From NCBI GenBank assembly GCA_002633005.1, contig NMRA01000495.1:160837-224836 (forward strand): a stretch of DNA of 64,000 bases, read 5' to 3'. Of this stretch, positions 60,342 through 64,000 are shown piece after piece; position 1 is the first letter of the stretch, and every line of letters starts with the position of its first letter. A program made the translations under genes and the position numbers. A model generated the notes under the pieces. The model had not been told where the DNA came from, made no database searches, and saw nothing but the letters and a program-made list of their open reading frames with translations. This stretch comes from Phoronis australis. Taxonomy: Eukaryota > Animalia > Phoronida.

Positions 60342-63115
60342 ACTGCGAGGATGCTTCATCTTGCACTGTGTCAACTCAAGCAATGCCAGTTGATGACTCG
60401 GATTACAACATGTTCAGTGCCTGGACAGCTCTGTTCACAGTTCAACAGACACATGAGTAAAGCAGCTGAGGACGTCGGCAAGGAGCTCAACGACAACCCA
60501 TTCCTTGATAAATACCTGTCCAAGATACAAAGTCTTAAAGAGTATGTTTAACCATAGGATATTGTACATGAACCGCCGATTCTGTGTGTTCTCAATGCAT
60601 GAGATCTGTGATGTTGCAGACAAACCACATCTGTACTACTGGTGCCACCTGCTCAGTTAGCTAGAACTGATAATTTTTGTTGCGTCGTTAGAGCTTGAAA
60701 TTTACAATTTCATTTCCCGAGCTATTGCCAAAAATATTCACGATAGAATGAATTACTCTACGATCTATATAATGCAGCATAGTTTTTGCAATTTTATAAA
60801 AATACCAACTGATAATGGAACCACAGTGAGGCGGCATTGGCACATATCATTGAACTCATTTTGGCTACAGCTGATGGACTATTTTATTAGTGACGGATTT
60901 TATGACTTAGAATTCACACGTGAATTCTTGGCACCCTGGCAGGTAGTCTACACACTGTTGTGGTTTCAGCCAGGTGTTCAGGTTCAAGTAAATGCAACAT
61001 CGCAAGGTCAGTTCTTTGCGCCCACGGTGTAGGGGTACATGTTGAAAGATTCAAGTGCAGTATTTGGGTGAATAGTTTGGTCCAAACTTTCTAGACGTGC
61101 TTCATTTTTGTGCAAGTTATGTGCCTAGCTGACTCCTATAAAATGCCACTACATGACCAATGTGCTATTGCAACAGTTTTGGAAGTTAACTCAGTTGTCT
61201 TTTGTGATACCCTGATATTTGTTTGTATGAACGACATTGTTAATAATTTGGTCCACAAGTGTAATACACAGTAGTTTAGGACACAGTATGGCAGAACATT
61301 GAAATTTGGTTTTATAAAAATGCCTAAGAAAAATAAAGAAACTAGAAGAAAACTTAACGTCACAATTTGCCTTGGTAATGTTGTACTTCTGTCATCAGCA
61401 AACACGCACGGTGAAACTTTGAGCATTTTTCACTTTGAAAAATGGAATTATATTACTATGTTAGGAATCATTTTTGTGGAAACTTCACTGTGACAATGTA
61501 ATCTTATGGTGCAACAGGCATGTATTGTAATGGCGCGGATCCTGGTGTTGGTTTTATAATCATTTCTCTTGCAAGTGTATAATGTGTCCCAAATTCTTTT
61601 GTAGGACTTCACCTGAGGAGTATAACACCAAGTTGGAAGAGTTAAATAAAGCAAAGACAAAGTACAGGTCTGAAGATGAAGGGGATGTGAAACAGAATAA
61701 ACCCAAAGCTGCGATGACTACCAAGTCAGTTGATGTCTCAAGTCAACCAACCCCTGTCAAGCCAAAGGTGACTTACTCGAGCATTTTGTTGAAGTTCCTT
61801 TAAGACCTGTGCATGGAGAAATCTTCACTTATGGCGTGGAGACGGCAAATTCCAGCGCATAATTAAACATTCTGACAACCCATTTCTGTAGCAGCTATTT
61901 TGCTAGGGTACGCTTGTAAGCTTCTGAAGATACTTGTGAAACTCGCGCTTTCTTTGGTCTGGTCTTGCGTGATTCTGCTTTTTGACGAGTTTCCCGCTCT
62001 CATCAATTTTTGTTGTCAGAATGCATTTTTTAATTAGACCACTTTCTGCAATGAAGTTCTACCTTACTTTGATCAGATTTCTTAGTGATTGCTGGGCATG
62101 AGGAGACAGGAAAATTGTTGTTTAAGACTGAGCTCTATTAGTTGTAATGCTCACCATATAATTTAATATGTGCCAAAATTTGTTTATCGGTGCATTAATC
62201 AATTTATTGCAGAGTGCGTATATGCTTTGACTTTTTTTTTGTTAAAAAGTAATTCTGGTGATGAGGAAACAAACTGGCTGGTTGCATAAATGACCCCCGC
62301 GTGGACAGCATATTTATCGGGCTAAACGCTAGCATTTTCAACATTGATGTGAACTAGGCATAAGACTTTAGTACATAAACCCTGTTGAATGTTGGAACTT
62401 GAAAAGTTGCGTACCGTCACATGGGAACTGATATCCTGCCTTCCACTGATTGCTATTTGTCATTTCGTTTATATTTTTCTTTGTCCCATTCAGTGTTCGA
62501 AATGTTTCTTTACAGAGTTTAGACGATGTTTTAAAGTTAGACATGATAAAAGACAAGTCTCGTAATGAAATTGAACAGGTAAGACAATGTTTGCCTGCTG
62601 GTTGGTTTCACGTTGAAGCGCAAATTTTCTGAGTGGTTTTCTATGTTTTTCATTTTATTTGATAGCTTGTTTATTTTTCTATAAAGTATAACATTTCCTT
62701 ACAACACGATCAACTACAGCTGGCATAGAAGTCACGGCAATGTCGTTTATTCATGATTTCAAACTGGCTTGCAGTTCAATAGGACCTGTCACTCTTGAGA
62801 TTTTTGCAGCAAAAAAATCTTGGCTGATGCAGCAGAAGTAGCGACCGTCCTGTGTGTTTACCTAAGTCATTTTTTCCCATTATTCAACATGCTAGTTTAG
62901 CTGTTCCGTGGCGGCCATTTTGGAATTAAAGTCGCAAGCTCACTCCCAAGATGCTAGTGAGATCTTGCGTCACACCAGCGTGATGTTGCAAGGCATTGCC
63001 CTTTTTGCGCGGACACCTGCTGTGTTGCTGTATTGCTTTGGATGGCTACATGGTATTCTTTCAGATTTGGAAACAATATCACAGTAGGAGGTCTGGCCTG
63101 TTTGCAGTGTTAGAG
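60342..63115 (+). CDS. ATPAF1: ATP synthase mitochondrial F1 complex assembly factor 1 (ATP11), 5' part; continues past window
   Basis: Exons 60342-60541, 61605-61767, 62516-62578, 63065-63115 (possible exon 60075-60113). An acid-free presequence precedes ELNDNPFLDKYLSKIQSLKETSPEEY...SLDDVLKLDMIKDKSRNEIEQ|IWKQYH, matching ATPAF1 motifs NPF..KY..KI and EI.QIW.QY as I recall them. Confidence 0.85.
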
Positions 63116-63537
63116 GTAGGTGATGGTTTGATGATGTGGCAATCTAGTAATGTAACTAGGAGTAGTTTTCTGTAGTCTGTTGTTCAGGGGTTTCACTGCA
63201 GCTGTACTTGTATCCTCTGTTATGCACAAAAGCTGTGGCAATGCAATAGAGGTGGAATGTGTAAGGTCACCTTGCTTTAATAGTCCAAGAGACAGCACCA
63301 TTTTGGCTCTAATTCTTGCATTTCTCTCTGGGAAACTTCATCAAAACATAAGTTTTGACTACGAAATCACCAGTTAATCTCCGTTTTAGAAAGAAAAAAC
63401 TGTCGGGATGCTGGTATGTGTGGTTCTCATATTCTGTGGCATGAGCTTCAGATTTTAAGAAAGTTTTTGTCGAATTTTGTCAGTTTGAACGCAAGCAAAT
63501 CGGCCACCGCCACATTGTCTCCAATTTGGCGCAGTTA

Positions 63538-63638
63538 CTAGGGGTGTGACATCCGTTGCTAGGGGTGTGACATCCGTTGCTAGGGGTGTGACATCCATTG
63601 CTAGGGGTGTGACATCCGTTGCTAGGGGTGTGACATCC
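63538..63638. repeat. Minisatellite, 21 bp x about 4.8
   Basis: CTAGGGGTGTGACATCCGTTG units. Confidence 0.95.
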
Positions 63639-63802
63639 CTCTCCATCACTATAATGGATGTATTAGAGAGGGGAATCTTGTGGTGTATAGTGAAGGAAGA
63701 AAATGTCTTAGAATGGACTATAATATTACTTTTAGAGAACTTCACTGAGTGTGTTTGTGCATGTAACAGAATGGTAGCAGCCCATCGTTTGCACAAACTT
63801 CA

Positions 63803-63954
63803 TTGAAAACACGACTAAACTTTTTGTTTGAAAGCTTGACATAGAGTCACTCGTAGTGTCGAAAGTATCTCCTTTCTTCAGAAAGTAGATTGTTTCAACA
63901 CTACAAGCGACTCTGTATCAAGCTTTGAAACAAAAAGTTTAGTCGTGTTTTCAA
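63803..63954. repeat. Foldback palindrome (about 65-bp arms)
   Basis: TTGAAAACACGACTAAACTTTTTGTTT... mirrored by ...AAACAAAAAGTTTAGTCGTGTTTTCAA. Confidence 0.85.
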
Positions 63955-64000
63955 CAAAGTAACAGAATGGACAACCATCTGAATTTCCCTTTCGTCTTCA

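Noticed and set aside
63455-63806. ORFs with DVTPLAT / GVTSVAR repeats
   Set aside because: Products of a 21-bp intronic minisatellite.

Overview
Eukaryotic (animal, probably marine invertebrate) genomic DNA, AT-rich, with GT-AG introns. About 55 kb is occupied by one minus-strand gene that I traced by hand through 34 phase-compatible coding exons from an ATG at 55381 to beyond the left window edge (about 2,295 aa so far). Its architecture is signal peptide, atypical LDL-receptor class A module, EGF, Ser/Thr-rich mucin-like stalk, about 42 tandem EGF repeats, LamG, two EGFs, LamG (EYS/Crumbs-like). ATPAF1 (ATP11) is head-to-head with it on the + strand. An intron of the large gene holds an opposite-strand nested gene (X-box/TATA promoter, 195-aa disordered protein with an RVxF-like motif, PKA-type sites and a CCIL CaaX end). 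Two blocks are duplicated across assembly gaps and are probably uncollapsed haplotypes. One copy carries, in the shared promoter region, a 633-bp LTR-type insertion with PBS, PPT and 4-bp TSD, but its two terminal units are unrelated and one contains a tRNA-like A/B box. Introns also contain Kolobok/THAP, hAT-like, LINE, MITE, palindromic and tandem repeats. All coordinates were read manually and no searches were run.
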